Source: Eledone cirrhosa
Taxonomy: Eukaryota
Length of the DNA: 64,000 nt
Reading direction: 5' to 3'
NCBI GenBank assembly: GCA_964016885.1
Contig: OZ024741.1
Coordinates: forward strand, 293,198,001 to 293,262,000
Position numbers and translations under genes: made by a program. This document shows, piece by piece, positions 25,497 to 38,775 of the stretch (its first letter is position 1; the number at the start of each line of letters is the position of its first letter). The notes beneath the pieces are model-generated. The model did no database searches, was not told where the DNA came from, and worked only from the letters and a program-made list of their open reading frames with translations.

Positions 25497-25800
25497 CGGC
25501 AGCAAATTACCAGAGTTGTTATAACATCAAATAGATTGCTTTGTGGTATTTGATCTGGCCCTCTGCTCTCTGTGTTTAAATTCCCTCAAGATCCCCTTTG
25601 CCTTTCATCATTTTGAGGTCAATAAAAAAGGTACCAGTCTAATTCTGGGGTTAACTCTTCCTCTTTATCTCTTTGTATCCTTCTCTGGAAGAAATATTCT
25701 GTATTCAGGCCTGGAGTTGGGTGGACTCATCTAGGCTTGAAATGCCAAAGAAATGCTGTATGTCAATAAGGTGCCCCAACCATACCATATACCACAAAAG
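25497..25800 (+). mobile_element. Degenerate tRNA-derived SINE with extended 3' region
   Basis: Homologous to 8103-8420. Confidence 0.6.
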
Positions 25801-26466
25801 TACTGAAATAGTTTCAAATGAAGACTATATTTTGCATATGGCCTTTGTCTATTAACACATCTGTCTGGGCTTATTACAAACTTGGGGAGGAGGGGGAGTT
25901 GCATTCTACATCTAACCAGCCTTGGAGAGACAAAATTGCACATCTGGATTGAGTTTACTGTGAGCTTTGAGCACCTACACAATATATGTAGGTAACTAGG
26001 TATGTATAGAGGAACCTTTGTACACAAGTATGTAGATAGCAGGGAGGATATTCGATAGGTTAATACAATCTGTTGCACATATAATTCAAATTATCTTCAT
26101 TTAATAACATTTAAGATCTAAATGAGATATTCTCTGTACTAACAGTGATCAGGTGCACTTTTATTGATAGTACATCTGTTATAACATTGTAGCAATGTTA
26201 CTCAGAGTATTTCAGTTATAGACAATACTGTAATAACAGTGTAGTAATGTTACCCAAAATATTTCAACCAATTTGTTTCCTTATATCATTAATTTGCTTT
26301 TATTTTTCCCTTTGTTAGTTGTTTTACTTTTAGACTTTTCACTTATCTTTTTCGTGCCTCTCTCTTTCTCTGTATATATATATATACATATATATATATG
26401 ATGGCCTCTTCCATTGTATATCAACATAAGAGGGTGAATATGTATGCATATATATATATATATATA

Positions 26467-26965
26467 GTATAAAAACGAAAAATCAGTGATACATCTGGAC
26501 TCAGTTTATTGCGTGTTACAATTGTTTTGCCGGCAGATAGCTCGAGACATGATCACTGTATGGATCTGGCTGATTCTATGGCTGCAGGTTCCTTCGGACA
26601 CATGCAATTCTTTCGGAGCAAATTTTCTCAAAGGGGTGTTATCATCACAAAACACCTTCAAAAAACATCTTCCACTCTTGTCATGCCATTGGCTGTTGTT
26701 TTTCTACGTCATGACGTAGAAAATTTGCTCCGAAAGAATTGCATGTGTCCGAAGGAACCTGCAGCCATAGAATCAGCCAGATCCATACAGTGATCATGTC
26801 TCGAGCTACCTGCCGGCAAAACAATTGTAACATGCAATAAACTGAGTCCAGATGCATCACTGATTTTTCGTTTTTTATACTATTCACACTCTGCTCTGTA
26901 AGAATATTGAGTGCTAATTTTGGCATACCGCCTATGGAAGCACCATAGCTACCATTATTCACATG
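26467..26965. mobile_element. Non-coding inverted-repeat element (family E) with hammerhead-like motif
   Basis: Arms 26467-26628 and 26718-26880 are near-perfect inverted copies. Homologous to 53372-53730 and flanked by (TA)n. Confidence 0.75.
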
Positions 26966-27142
26966 TATATATATATATACACACACACATACACAGCATA
27001 TTTACACTCATATGTTGATGGTTTGCTGTTACAATAACACTGGATTGGTGAGCCATCCTCAAATCAAATCGGCCGTCTATTTTCTATTCTCTGTTTGCGT
27101 TTGCTGTAATCCTGTTATATTATGGAATTAATATTCCAATTA

Positions 27143-27215
27143 TCACCTGATGAAATCACCTTAGTCTTGCATCATGATCGGATGATGAAGACGGGCCATC
27201 GAAGTATGTACAGAA
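27143..27215 (+). ncRNA. Decayed hammerhead-like motif
   Basis: CTGATGA, then hairpin GTCTT.CATCAT/ATGATG.AAGAC, then GAAG-TATGTA. Stem I and the base of stem II are weak. Confidence 0.25.
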
Positions 27216-28099
27216 TTTATATTCTAAAGAAAGTTTCCAGTCCCACCTTCTATTGATTTTATTGAATATCTAACTCCGTTCCTGCACCAGCCACAGGATA
27301 TCACATCTACGATAGAAGATTTGCATAATAGTCAGTGCTTTAATTTATTGCATAATTGTTTACTAACTGGAATCACCAGTTCTACCCATAGGTAAAAACA
27401 TAAATTAATATTTTTCTTAATTTCCCACCAGAAAGGGACCTGTGACAGGTAGGCTGACCCCCCCCCCCTTCACACGTATGTATTTTTATATACACACTCT
27501 CACATGTACACTCACACTCTCTAAAACCATATTCCAAAAATAGAATTTCTTTTATAACCCTACTATTGCCAATCCCATAGAATTTATCTCTAGCTAACAA
27601 TCCCCCATCTGAACTCTTGACCAGTCCATTTAACACAATTGAGATACACACACATATTTACAGAATATTTCCTTTGTCCCTAAAAACAATTTTGTTCTAT
27701 GTGAAAAAACACACCTACGACCACTGCTGTTGCTACTTCATGACTACACCTCTCTCTATATACACAAGAGTTCATTTTACAGTCTCCTTCTCAACAAGGA
27801 AGATGAAAAAAACTTGCCTCAACACTTAATTTTAAATCTTTAATTTTTAGTATTTAATTCTTATTAATTCTCTTTAATTGTAATACTCAACATTTGATAA
27901 GATGAATTTTACTAATACATCGAAACCGGTTATACTTTATATACTTCATATACATTATAAAATTCTTTTTTAAAAGAATTGTCCCTCTCATCTTTTCAAT
28001 AATGTCACTTTGACGAATCAAAGAAAGGAAAAAAGAGAAAAACAGACCCATAGATATATTTTCCGTGCTATTTTCAATCTCACCTTCTCTTTCTCTTTC

Positions 28100-28133
<34 letters not shown>

Positions 28134-29569
28134 TATATAAATCCATCCTAAATTTTCACAAGTATACTACACAGTAAAATATATGAAATCTTAAAATAAA
28201 TTCTTTTTAACTAATGTTAATGTGATGTGGTGTATATGTATGTTTCCTTGAATGTGTGTGTGTTCTTATATATATATATGTGTGTGTGTGTGAAATAAAC
28301 AGTAACAACATTTTAGAATATAGTATTACAAAATGTTTTGAAAAGTCAGGAAATAAACACAGAATTGTAAATAAGCTGTAAATTGCCAGCCCTAGCAAGT
28401 ATTGAACCATATAAGTAGCTGAAAATCAGTTGGAATTAGTGGCAGAGAAATTCTACGGGAAGTAACTCTAGCTACTTCCCTTTGTCTAGAGAGCGCTACA
28501 AATACATTGTAGAATACCACAGCTGAAAAAATAGAAACTGGAATTATGCAAAGGATAAAAAATTCACAAATGAAATCAGTTTTAAAAAGAGAGCAAACTA
28601 ACATATAACAAAAGGCATGAACACTTTAGCTGTATCAGAACAATAGCATGTGAATACAATATAAAGAACTCAAAACAAAATGAGCAAAATAATGCTACAG
28701 CAAGCAAATTGTTTTTGTGAACATGTATTTCTGAGGGCAAGATGACTTATATTTTTCTGTTATTACTAGATAACTCTCATCCATCCATAAACTTGGTGCA
28801 TAAACTCCTATATTTTATGTCTCTATTTTCTTGTGTTTTAATTCAGCAAAACTACAGTGAACAGATTTACATACATTGCTCAAGCGCATAATAGGGTACT
28901 TGAAAGAAAATTGCAATATCTTTGGTTGACATATTGTACTCAGGATGTATACATTTAGTCCACATTTAAATATATATATTTATATATATATTAAGACAGG
29001 GGGGGGAAGAAAAAAATGGCTTCACTTGTGCTTTCAACAAATTTATTTTCTTCACAAAATCCAAAAAGAATTTTTTTCCGGATTAGAAAAAATAAAAAAA
29101 AAAAATTTTTTTTTATAAATTGAGTCGTTGGTTGTTGGTTAGATCTTAGAAGTTCTTGGTTAACGTAGGAGGTATTGTTTCGTTTTTAGAAAGACCTTTC
29201 ACGCTGAGGTGCGCTTGTCAAACTGATGTGTATGTGGCGTGTTGTTCTATATATAGGGATTCAACATGTTTGTGGTGCGGTGGGGGTTTTTTCTCCCCCT
29301 TTAATAAGTGTAGGAGTGTAGGTGTGTTGAAAAAATGTTAATAGCAGTAATGAGTTGAGACAGTGAGTAGGGTTGGGTGGGGAGAAATGTAGCAAGCGCG
29401 GCCTGCCCCGGTCATTCTCGAAACATTCCTTTATTCAGGGGAAAAAGCTTTTAGTATTCCTTTGTATCGAAAATGGTCACAGGCAAACCGCAGCTGCCAA
29501 GCTTGTAAACAATTTTTTTTTCTGAAGAATTTTTCCACGTCCTTCCCAAAATGAGTCCTTTGTTCAACA

Positions 29570-29974
29570 CACACATATGTGCGTATATACGTACATACAA
29601 ACACAGGCATATGTAGGAACACATAGGCACACACCATCAATCACACACCCATGTACATATACATCCACATACATACATAAAAACATATATAAAGACACAT
29701 ATAAAAACACATATACACATACGTACACACACGAATATGTACTCATACCTCCACATGGGTATATATATATATATATATACATACATATACATATATATAC
29801 ACACATAAAGATACATAACTAAATATACATATATACACACACACACCCACACACGTGTACACACACGCACACACACACACACACATATACATATGTCCGT
29901 ATATATACATCCGTTCACACATACATGCATACACACACACACATACACACACATATATATATATAGAGAGGCAT

Positions 29975-30019
<45 letters not shown>

Positions 30020-30089
30020 AACACATACAGACACATACACACATATACATATATATACACACACATATATATTTATATATATATATATG

Positions 30090-30154
<65 letters not shown>

Positions 30155-30298
30155 GAGAGGTATAGAGATTGTTTTAGCAAGAAGCTAACGGCATTCTATA
30201 ACATATATGCGACTATAACGTCAAGATGGGAAAAGTAGTTAACGAAAGATTTAGGAAAAATAACTCAAACTCATCTCAAAAGAGAATCAGGATATGTG

Positions 30299-30344
<46 letters not shown>

Positions 30345-30381
30345 CACATACAAACACATACACACACACATACACATACAT

Positions 30382-30430
<49 letters not shown>

Positions 30431-30445
30431 CATACATATATTCAT
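29570..30445. repeat. (CA)n/(TA)n compound microsatellite region
   Basis: Long CA/TA/CATA tracts with a short unique insert at 30152-30290. Confidence 0.9.
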
Positions 30446-30506
30446 GTGTACACATAAGAAGAGGGGGGGGGGGTAGTGAAATGGAATTTTACCTCCGAGT
30501 GTTAAT

Positions 30507-31148
30507 TCATTTTTTCGTGTTCAGTAGTGGTTTAAATTTTTCAATGAAGAATTCTTCTTTATATCTGCGGAAATGTTCGTTATGCGACCATATCTTGAAG
30601 AAAGGGAAGATTGTGAATTTTCCCTTCCCGCATGATGCAAAGTGTGCGCTACATGTGGTATTTCTGACTGTGGTGTCTTTAATTTGTTGTTTATGTACCC
30701 GGACTCTATCATGTAGTCCCGTTCCGGTTTCCCCAATGTATACTCTTTACACTGTGGACATGTTGCGCAATGTATTAGGTTTTTCGTTTTGCAGTTCATG
30801 TTTGCATTGACCTTGAAATTATCATGGTTTTTGAAGGACAACTGTTTGCCCTCTTCGATGAGTTCACAGGTTCCACATCTAGGGTCCTCGCATTTCGTCA
30901 CTTCATTGATTCCATGTTGGTCGTAAATTTTGCCTTGGTAATTAGTTTTTTAAGGTTGGGTGCTTGGCGTCTGCTATAAATTATCTGTGTGTTTTTTAAG
31001 AGTGCATTCATTTTGGTAGATTGCTGTAGAATCGGGAGATACTGATTAGCAGTTTTCACAATGTTGATGTTCCCTGGGTTGTGAGTGATGACAAAAGAGA
31101 TAGCAGGGTTTTCTTTTTTATGTTGTGGGTTTGGTTTTCTCAGTGTTG
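30507..31148 (-). pseudogene. Penelope-like element GIY-YIG endonuclease region (frameshifted)
   Basis: Linker FVITHNP...YSRRQAPNLKKLI, then CEDPRCGTC...CKTKNLIHCATCPQC, then after a frameshift YIGETG..LHDRVRVH...KEEFFIEKFKPLLN*. Confidence 0.88.
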
Positions 31149-31420
31149 ATATATATATGTATATATATGTATATATATATAATGTGTGTGTGTACTGTAT
31201 ATATATGCATATGTATATATATTCTTCTTGAATCTGTTGGATGTGAAGCATTCATTTCTAATGGCTAGGATATTAGTGGCTTGCCACACTAACATATATA
31301 CATATTCATATATACTTGGATTTACTAATACTCTACACGAATAGCATGAGATATTCTATGTCATTTATATATATGTGTGCATGTATATATACATATATAC
31401 ATACATGCACACATATATAT

Positions 31421-33735
31421 AAATGACATAGAATATCTCAAATAACTTACTAAAGGCAATGGACGAGATCTGTGGTTGGAGCAAGACCACAGGGAGGAGG
31501 AGAGTGACTTGGTGGTGGAACAATAAGGTAGATGAAGCAGTTAAGGCTAAGAGACAGGCATGGAAAGAATGGAAGAACGTGGGGAGCAGGGTACATTACA
31601 TAGAGACCAAGAGGGAAGCTAGGCGACAAGTATACTTAGCTAGGAGGGAAGCAGAGGATAGAAAATTCAAGCATGTTTTGCAACATGAGGACCAGAAACA
31701 GGTGTTCAAGATTGCAAGGCAGTGTGTCAGAGAGAATTGTGATGTCATTGGAGGGAAGTGTATCCGGAATGATAAAGGTGAGCTTGCCCTCTCAAGTGCT
31801 GAGAAGAAAGATGTGTGGAAGAGCCATTATGAAAGATTACTAAATGAGGAGAATGCATGGGAAGAAGAGACCCTACCCCAAGTAGACCCTATAGAGGGAC
31901 CAGCAGTACAAGTCAGCAGCAGCGTAGTAAGTAAGGCAATCAAAATTATGAAGATGGGGAAGGCAACCGGTCCATCGGGTATAGCTGCCGAGATGCTGAA
32001 GGCATCTGGGTCGGTAGGGCATACCATAACCACATGTATTGTTAACCAGGTAATACTAGAGGGTGTTATACCAAAGGACTGGCACAGCAGCATCATTGTC
32101 AACTGCTACAAAGGTAAGGGTGATGCACTAGATAGAGGGAACTATAGAGGTATAAAGGTGACGGACCAGGTCATGAAAGTAACGAAAAGAATTATAGCAA
32201 AGTTGATTAGGGACCGGGTAAAACTAGATGAGATGCAATTTGGGTTTGTACCAGGAAAAGTACCTTGCTAAAAGTAAGCCGCTCTACCTGGAATTTGTCG
32301 ATCTGGAAAAAGCCTTCGACAGAGTCCCCCATGCTATAATCTGGTGGGCTCTTAGAAAACTAGGAGTAGATGAATGGCTTGTGAAAGCTGCCCAAGCCAT
32401 GTATAGAGGAGCGGTCAGCAAAGTTAGGGTTAGCAATGACTATAGCGAAGAATTTAGCATACAGATTCTATATACGGATGATCTCGCACTTATGGCTGAA
32501 TCTATGGTGGAACTAGAGAAGAAATTCCAAACATGGAAGCAGGGACTAGGAAGAAAGGGTCACAAAGTCAACCTGACAAAGACTAAGGTCCTTGTAAGTA
32601 AACGAGAAAACAGAACCCAGATCCCCTCAGGAAAATGGCCTTCTCAGTATGTAGGAAATGTGTAGGTAGGAACTCCATCATCTGCCCAAAATGCAAACAA
32701 TGGGTATACATGAGATGTGGTGGAATCTCAGGAAGCTTAACTAAGAATGTAGGCTTCACATGTAGCAGCTGTGCTGAGACAGCAAGCAGCAAACGACCAC
32801 AGGAAATAAGCACCACCACACTCTGGGAGGGCTCTGTAGGAACAGTAGACAGCTTCTGATCCCTAGGTGACCAAATTAGCAGTAGAGGTGTGTGTTCAGA
32901 AAGTACAATAACTAGAGTAAGATGGGATGGAAGAAGGTCAGGGAACTACTGCCACTGCTAGCTGCAAAAGGCTTTTGCCTCAAAATGAAAGGCAGACTGT
33001 ATGATGCATGTATACGAACAGCAATGTTACATGGTAGTGAGACCTGGGTGCTGTCTGTAGAAGACTTGCGTAGATTAGAAAGAAACGAAGCTTGCATGCT
33101 CCGGGGGATGTGTAATAGTAATATACGCGAATGGCAAAGCATAAAGAGAGAGACTGAGCATAATTGGAATCAAATGCTGTGTGCAGGAGAGGTGGTTGCA
33201 TTGGTATAGACATGTGATGCATATGAATGATGACAGCTGCATAAAAAGGTGCAGAGCACTAGAAGTCGATGGAAGCCGTGGAGTGGGGAGACAATAAGAC
33301 CTGGGATGAGGTGATAAAAGCCGACCTTACCCAATTGTACCTCTCAAGGGTGATGACACACGACCGCTACCTCTGGCGTCACACAGTAATACAAAAGACC
33401 CAACTTCCCACGGGTACATGCCAAAGCTGAAGCATATAGACAATATGCCCATACGCCCTCCCACTGCAAAGTGGTCATGGAGGTGCCATGGAAAAAAAGC
33501 ACCCAGCCCACACTGTAAAGTGGACGTGTAGGCGCAATGGAAAAAAAGCACCCAGCACTCACTGTAAATGAGGTTGGTGTTAGGAAGGGCATCCATCTGT
33601 AGAAATCAAGCCAGAATCAGTTGCCGTATGAACAAGACAATGTCAGCCGACTGGACACTGCCCACAACAGGGCAACCCGTCTAACCCATGCTAGCATGGA
33701 AGAACGGATGTAAAACAGTGATGATAATGATGATA
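31421..33735 (+). mobile_element. RTE LINE, 5'-truncated, with internal deletions and stops
   Basis: ORFs 31459-32271, 32228-32665, 32635-32859 and 32922-33209 tile the RTE RT. One deletion falls at the microhomology caggaaaagtac (about 32260). Ends in a (GAT)n tail. Confidence 0.92.
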
Positions 33736-33774
33736 TATATGTGTAAATATATATATATAATATACAAATGGCTT

Positions 33775-34440
33775 CTACAGGATATATAACTTTGATAGGT
33801 TTGGGCCAGTATTGGTCCAGGCCATGTCTAACTTAATAGCACCACCTGGTGAAGTCTTTCAAATCAGGCTTTGGACACCATGGCCCACTCAAGAAGGCAG
33901 TTATTGTTTGCGGAGACATATCTGGGTGCAGGATGTTTATTTGGGATTTCTTGAAGGAATGAATTTGTCCAAAGACTTCTTGAATTTTATTGGGTCTTTT
34001 TCTGTTTTTATTTGTTTTGGTGAAATATTAAAGAGAGCGGGGCCAACTGAGGTGAAATAATTGTGCCATATTGTTGTTATGAGATGCAAGTTTCATTTTT
34101 GTTGTGTGCAGATAGCACAGGGCCTAAGCCCTGGGTTTAGTTTAAAGGTGATGCCAACATCATTTGGGCAATGATGATGGAATAATTTCCACATCATGCA
34201 GATAATGTAGCTCTCACGGCGGTGTTGAAGATAGTAAAGTTTGAACTTTTCTAGTCGACCCTAATAGTTTAGGCCTGACATGCCATCTTTCTTTTTCGTG
34301 ATTGACCTTTGAGGAGCTTCAATTTACATGATACTTTGATTAATGTGGGGAGACCACAGTGGACAAGAATATTCAAAGTGGGGTTGTTATTTTACATTGA
34401 GCTATTCTCATACTTGTAGTTGGATAATATTCAATATTAC
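33775..34440 (-). pseudogene. Old CR1/L2-group LINE 3' remnant
   Basis: Minus frames give PHFEYSCPLWSPH and KLYYLQHRRESYII, similar to PHLEYCxxxWSP and LYSLxxRRERY. Confidence 0.55.
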
Positions 34441-34524
34441 CCACATTATGTTATATATATATATATTTATTTATATACATACACACAGCCCGAGAATGAT
34501 AGAAGGAGGGTTTCTGTGATATTT

Positions 34525-34920
34525 CATAGCACAAGAGGTCACGGTCCTGTGTCATTGCCTTAGTAAAGTGGAATAGAACAAATTCAGCTCTTTTAACCTC
34601 ATCCATAGTCTTCCTAAGCCTGCATACTCATTGGTTACCAACATCTTTGAGCGCACTGCACATTTTTATACAGCTGTCATCCTTCATAGACATCACATGT
34701 CCATACCAACGCTATCTCCCTCCCTGCACACAACATCTGATCCCTCTTATGCCTAATTTCTCACGTAGTTCATTTATGCTTTGCTGTTCACTTATATTGC
34801 TATAGCACATCCATCAAAGCCTGGAGGCTTCATTTATTTCCAATGTACACAGGTCTTCTGCTTCCAGAGCCCAGGTCTCATTGCTGTGCAACATAGTTGC
34901 TCTTATACAGTCTGCTTTTC
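34525..34920 (-). pseudogene. Old degenerate RTE 3' remnant
   Basis: Homologous to 22900-23300 (catcacatgtccatacca, tccctcttatgcc). Confidence 0.7.
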
Positions 34921-34992
34921 AAACATATATACATATATATATATATATGTATATGTATATATACGAAAGGCAAACTGTATTTATACATGTAC

Positions 34993-35032
<40 letters not shown>

Positions 35033-35320
35033 TCGTGTTTATATATGAAAGAATAAAGCCAAAAACATTAAAGTTTAATGTGAGTATATCTATGACATAG
35101 GTATGTGTATTAAAATCCTATTACCAAGACAATCTCCCACACATTGTCGGGCTTTCAAATATTTAAACTTATTTTCTAGTTAAATTTATATAAGCATGTG
35201 TGTGTGTTTATGTATATATATATGTATGTATACATATGTATCAAAGGTATATATTGAGTTAGAAACTCAAAATAGTCTCTTATAATTAAATAGCTCAAAG
35301 AAAGAATTTTTCTGAGCCGT

Positions 35321-35642
35321 GTAATATAATTGAATATACAAGAGAGATAAACACAAATATAAACATACATGTGTTCAAATTGTAAGGGACCAAGTTCGCT
35401 AGGGTGAAAAAAATACTAACTATAACAATATGGTTTGCCAGACTCAATTTAAAGTAATAAAGAAGAAAAAGAAAAAGAAACCTATATTGGACAACTGCCT
35501 GATCACCCAGAAACCTTTGGTAGCTGTTTCACAATTTTTAGCAAAGGAAATTTTTTTTTACCCTAGCAAACTTGGTCCCTTACAATTTGAACACATCTAT
35601 ATTTATATTTGTATTTATCTCTCTTGTATATTCAATTATATA
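35321..35642. repeat. Inverted repeat with about 92-bp arms (MITE-like or fold-back)
   Basis: 35321-35412 pairs with 35551-35642 with a few mismatches. Confidence 0.7.
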
Positions 35643-35719
35643 TATATATTTGTATGTATGTATATATATATATGAATGTGTGTATATATGTATATATATA
35701 TATGTATGTATATATATAA

Positions 35720-36675
35720 ATAAAAATGTAGCGAGAATGGCATTTCGGCGGGTAGAAATTAGCGAAACACAAATTCTATATTGTGCAGACAAGTGCTCCA
35801 TGGATATGAAGAAGATACCAGAGCTATAAACATAAGTTAAAATGGTCATACACGCTGAGACGATGGTTAACCACCATAGCCAAAAAAGCGAACAAGCTAA
35901 ACGGGTCAAACAAAATGAGATATGATTGAAATATTTACCCGGACTCTCGGGGAAGATGGAATACTCCGAAATTGGGTTTCTGCAACACCTAAATCAATAA
36001 TACTGTCTGCTTATAAAAAATAAGCTTTTGGTATAATGATCGAACAAAGCATCGCTTTCTCAACAGGTTTTTGTTCTTCTTACGCTAGAATCTCGCAGGT
36101 TATGAAAGCACATGTGACATTCTAAGAGGAGAAAACCCCTATTTTGGCCAGTGAATTCAGCATGTGTAGTTATTGCAAAAATTTGCAAAAACCGCACAAA
36201 ACGAATTAAGCTCTCTACCGAGTTGTTTATAAAATAAACTTAAGCAATTAATCAGTCAATAGAATTAACTAAAAAGCAAAAAAATATTTAACTGGTTAAT
36301 CGCTTGACTTGGGAAATTAATACAAATATAAATTTAGCAAGAATTGCATTTCGGCGGGTAGAAATTAGCGAGACGCAATTTCCATATTGTGCAGACAAGC
36401 GCTCCATGGATATGAAGAAGATACCAGAGCTATAAACATAAGTTAAAATGGTCATACACGCTGAGACGATGGTTAAGAAGCCATTAACCACCATAGCCAA
36501 AAAAGCGAACAAGCTAAACGGGTCAAACAAAATGAGATATGATTGAAATATTTACCCGGACCCTCGGGGAAGATGGAATACTCCGAAATTGGGTTTCTGC
36601 AACACCTAAATCAATAATACTGTCTGCTTATAAAAATTAAGCTTTTGGTATAATGATCGAACAAGGCATCGCTTT
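35720..36675. mobile_element. Partial tandem repeat element (family F), 606-bp period
   Basis: catttcggcgggtag occurs at 35741 and 36347. A diverged inverted homologue lies at 47290-47510. Flanked by (TA)n. Confidence 0.8.
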
Positions 36676-36716
36676 GTATGTGTGTATATATGTATATATA
36701 TATGTGAATATATATA

Positions 36717-36773
<57 letters not shown>

Positions 36774-36829
36774 ATATATATATATATATATACACATATG
36801 TATGTATATATATATATATATATATATAG

Positions 36830-37300
36830 TAAAATATATGGAAAATAGGATTGGCTGTGTAGTTGCTAGTTAAGTTAGGTTTAAAAATGGAATGAGAATA
36901 TGAGAATAAGAAGAAAGCAAGAACGGGGGGGGGGGGGTTCTCATCAGTTGTCTACTGGGGGTCTCGGATATTTCAATGCTGGGGGTAGATATATCTACCC
37001 CCAGAGCGTTCAATAACTGGATAAGTTATTGGGAAAACGGATGAGGGAGGGAAGGAAAATAGAAGGGAAAAGGAAAAGAGAGAAGAAAGGAGAAAACAGC
37101 ACAAAAAACAACAAACCAGGGAATGTGCGAGCAACTTAAGGTAAGAAAATTCAAGACCACAGCGGTAACAGAACTTAAGTTCGAGAGCCTGTGGGCAAAG
37201 GAAAAGACACGACTGACCCCAGAGAGTGTAAGTGAGAAAAGGACTGCTAGATGATCAGGTGAGGGAAACAATGAGGTGGCTGGAAGAGAGTGAGGCTGTT
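36830..37300 (-). mobile_element. Subfamily D element with rearranged permuted-hammerhead motif (36937-37038)
   Basis: Homologous to 12505-12995. Minus strand has the CAATAACT hairpin, GAAATATCC and AGACAA-CTGATGA. Confidence 0.6.
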
Positions 37301-37424
37301 ATATTATTATTAATATTTGAAAAACTCAGATTACAACTATTGTATTCAGCCATGTAGAGCGATAAATTAAAAAAATGTTTTTATTTTATTTTAAAAAATT
37401 ATTTTTAATTTATATGAATATATA

Positions 37425-38775
37425 TCATCATCACCGTTTTACGCCCGTTCCTCCACGCTAGCATGGGTTAGACAGGTTGTGGGCAGTGTCTAGTTGGCTG
37501 ACCTTGTCTTGCTCTCATACAGGAACTGATTCTGGCTTGATTTCTACAGCTGGATGCCCTTCCTAACATCAACCTCATTTACAGTGAGTGCTGGGTGCTT
37601 TTTTTCCGTGGCGCCTACACGTCCATTTTAGAGTGTGGGCTGGGTGCTTTTTTTCCGTGGCACCTCCACAACCACATTTGCAGTGGGAGGGTGTGGGGGC
37701 ATATTGTTTATATGCTTCAGCTTTACACATCCATTGGAGCATGCAAGCTTCATTTCTTTCTAATCTGCGCAAGTCTTCTAAAGACCGCGCCCAGGTTTCA
37801 CTACCATGTAACATTGCTCTTCATATACACGCATAGTTGCTGAGATGCTGAAGGCATCAGGGGACGTAGGCACTAAACTGGTTGCACGCATCATCATTCA
37901 GGCTACATATGGCGGTCTCATACCCAAAGACAGGTGCAACAGTATTCTAAAAGATAAAGGAGATGTTCTGGAGAGGAGCAATTATAAGGGCATAACACTG
38001 ATGGACCAGGTTATGAAAGTGGCAGAAAGGATATTAGCGTAACTAATTAGAGAAGGGGTCAAACTAGATGAGATGTAGTTTGGTTTTGTGCCTGGGAAAA
38101 GTACAACAGTGCCCTCCTCTTTGTGAGACAACTACAAAAGATGTTCTTAGAGAAAAATCAGCCACTATAATTAGCCTTTGTTGACCTAGAGAAGGCCTTT
38201 GATAAGGTGCCTCTGTCTGTCATCTGGTGGTTCTTAAGGAAACTAGGTGTTGAGGAATGGCTTGTGAGGACAGTGCAAGTTTTGTACAGAGGTGCTGTCA
38301 GTAAAGTGAGGGTAGGAATGGAGTTTAGTGAGGAATTCCAGATACAAGTAGGAGTACAGCAGGGTTTGGTCCTCAGCCCGCTCTTGTTCATTATAGTCCT
38401 CCAAGCCATAACAGAGGAGTTTAAGACTGGCTGTCCATGGGAACTCCTCTGTGCTGACGATCTGGTTCTTATAGCAGAATCAGTAGAAGAGCTAGAGAAT
38501 AAATTCTGGCTATGGAAACAGCAGTTGGAAGCAAGAGGACTGAGGGTGAACCTAGCTAAGACAAAAGTGTTGATGAGTAGAAAAGAGGACAAAACTCTGA
38601 TTCCATCAGGGAAATGGCCATGTTTGATATGCAGAAAAGGAACTGACATAAATTCTATAAAATGTACACAATGCAGATCTTGGGTACACAAAAGATGTAG
38701 TGGGATAGCAGGCAAACTAACAGGTATGGAGAAATATGTATGCAGTAGGTGTACAGTGAAATTTGACAGTAGAAG
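37425..38775. mobile_element. RTE insertion with inverted 5' part (3' end minus 37425-37835; RT core plus 37836-38775)
   Basis: ORF 38207-38839 contains GVQQGLVLSPLLF, CADD and the zinc finger. The minus piece carries MLHGSETW, the 3' UTR and the tail. Confidence 0.8.

Noticed and set aside
27380-27900. Possible Penelope endonuclease tail (LCEK...LLNK.E)
   Set aside because: Too degenerate to support as a feature.
28392-28604. Hydrophobic 70-aa ORF with an acceptor-like tttcag on the minus strand
   Set aside because: No recognisable domain, donor site or partner exons.
29000-29570. Possible DNA transposon fragment
   Set aside because: No paired TIR or transposase motif was identified.
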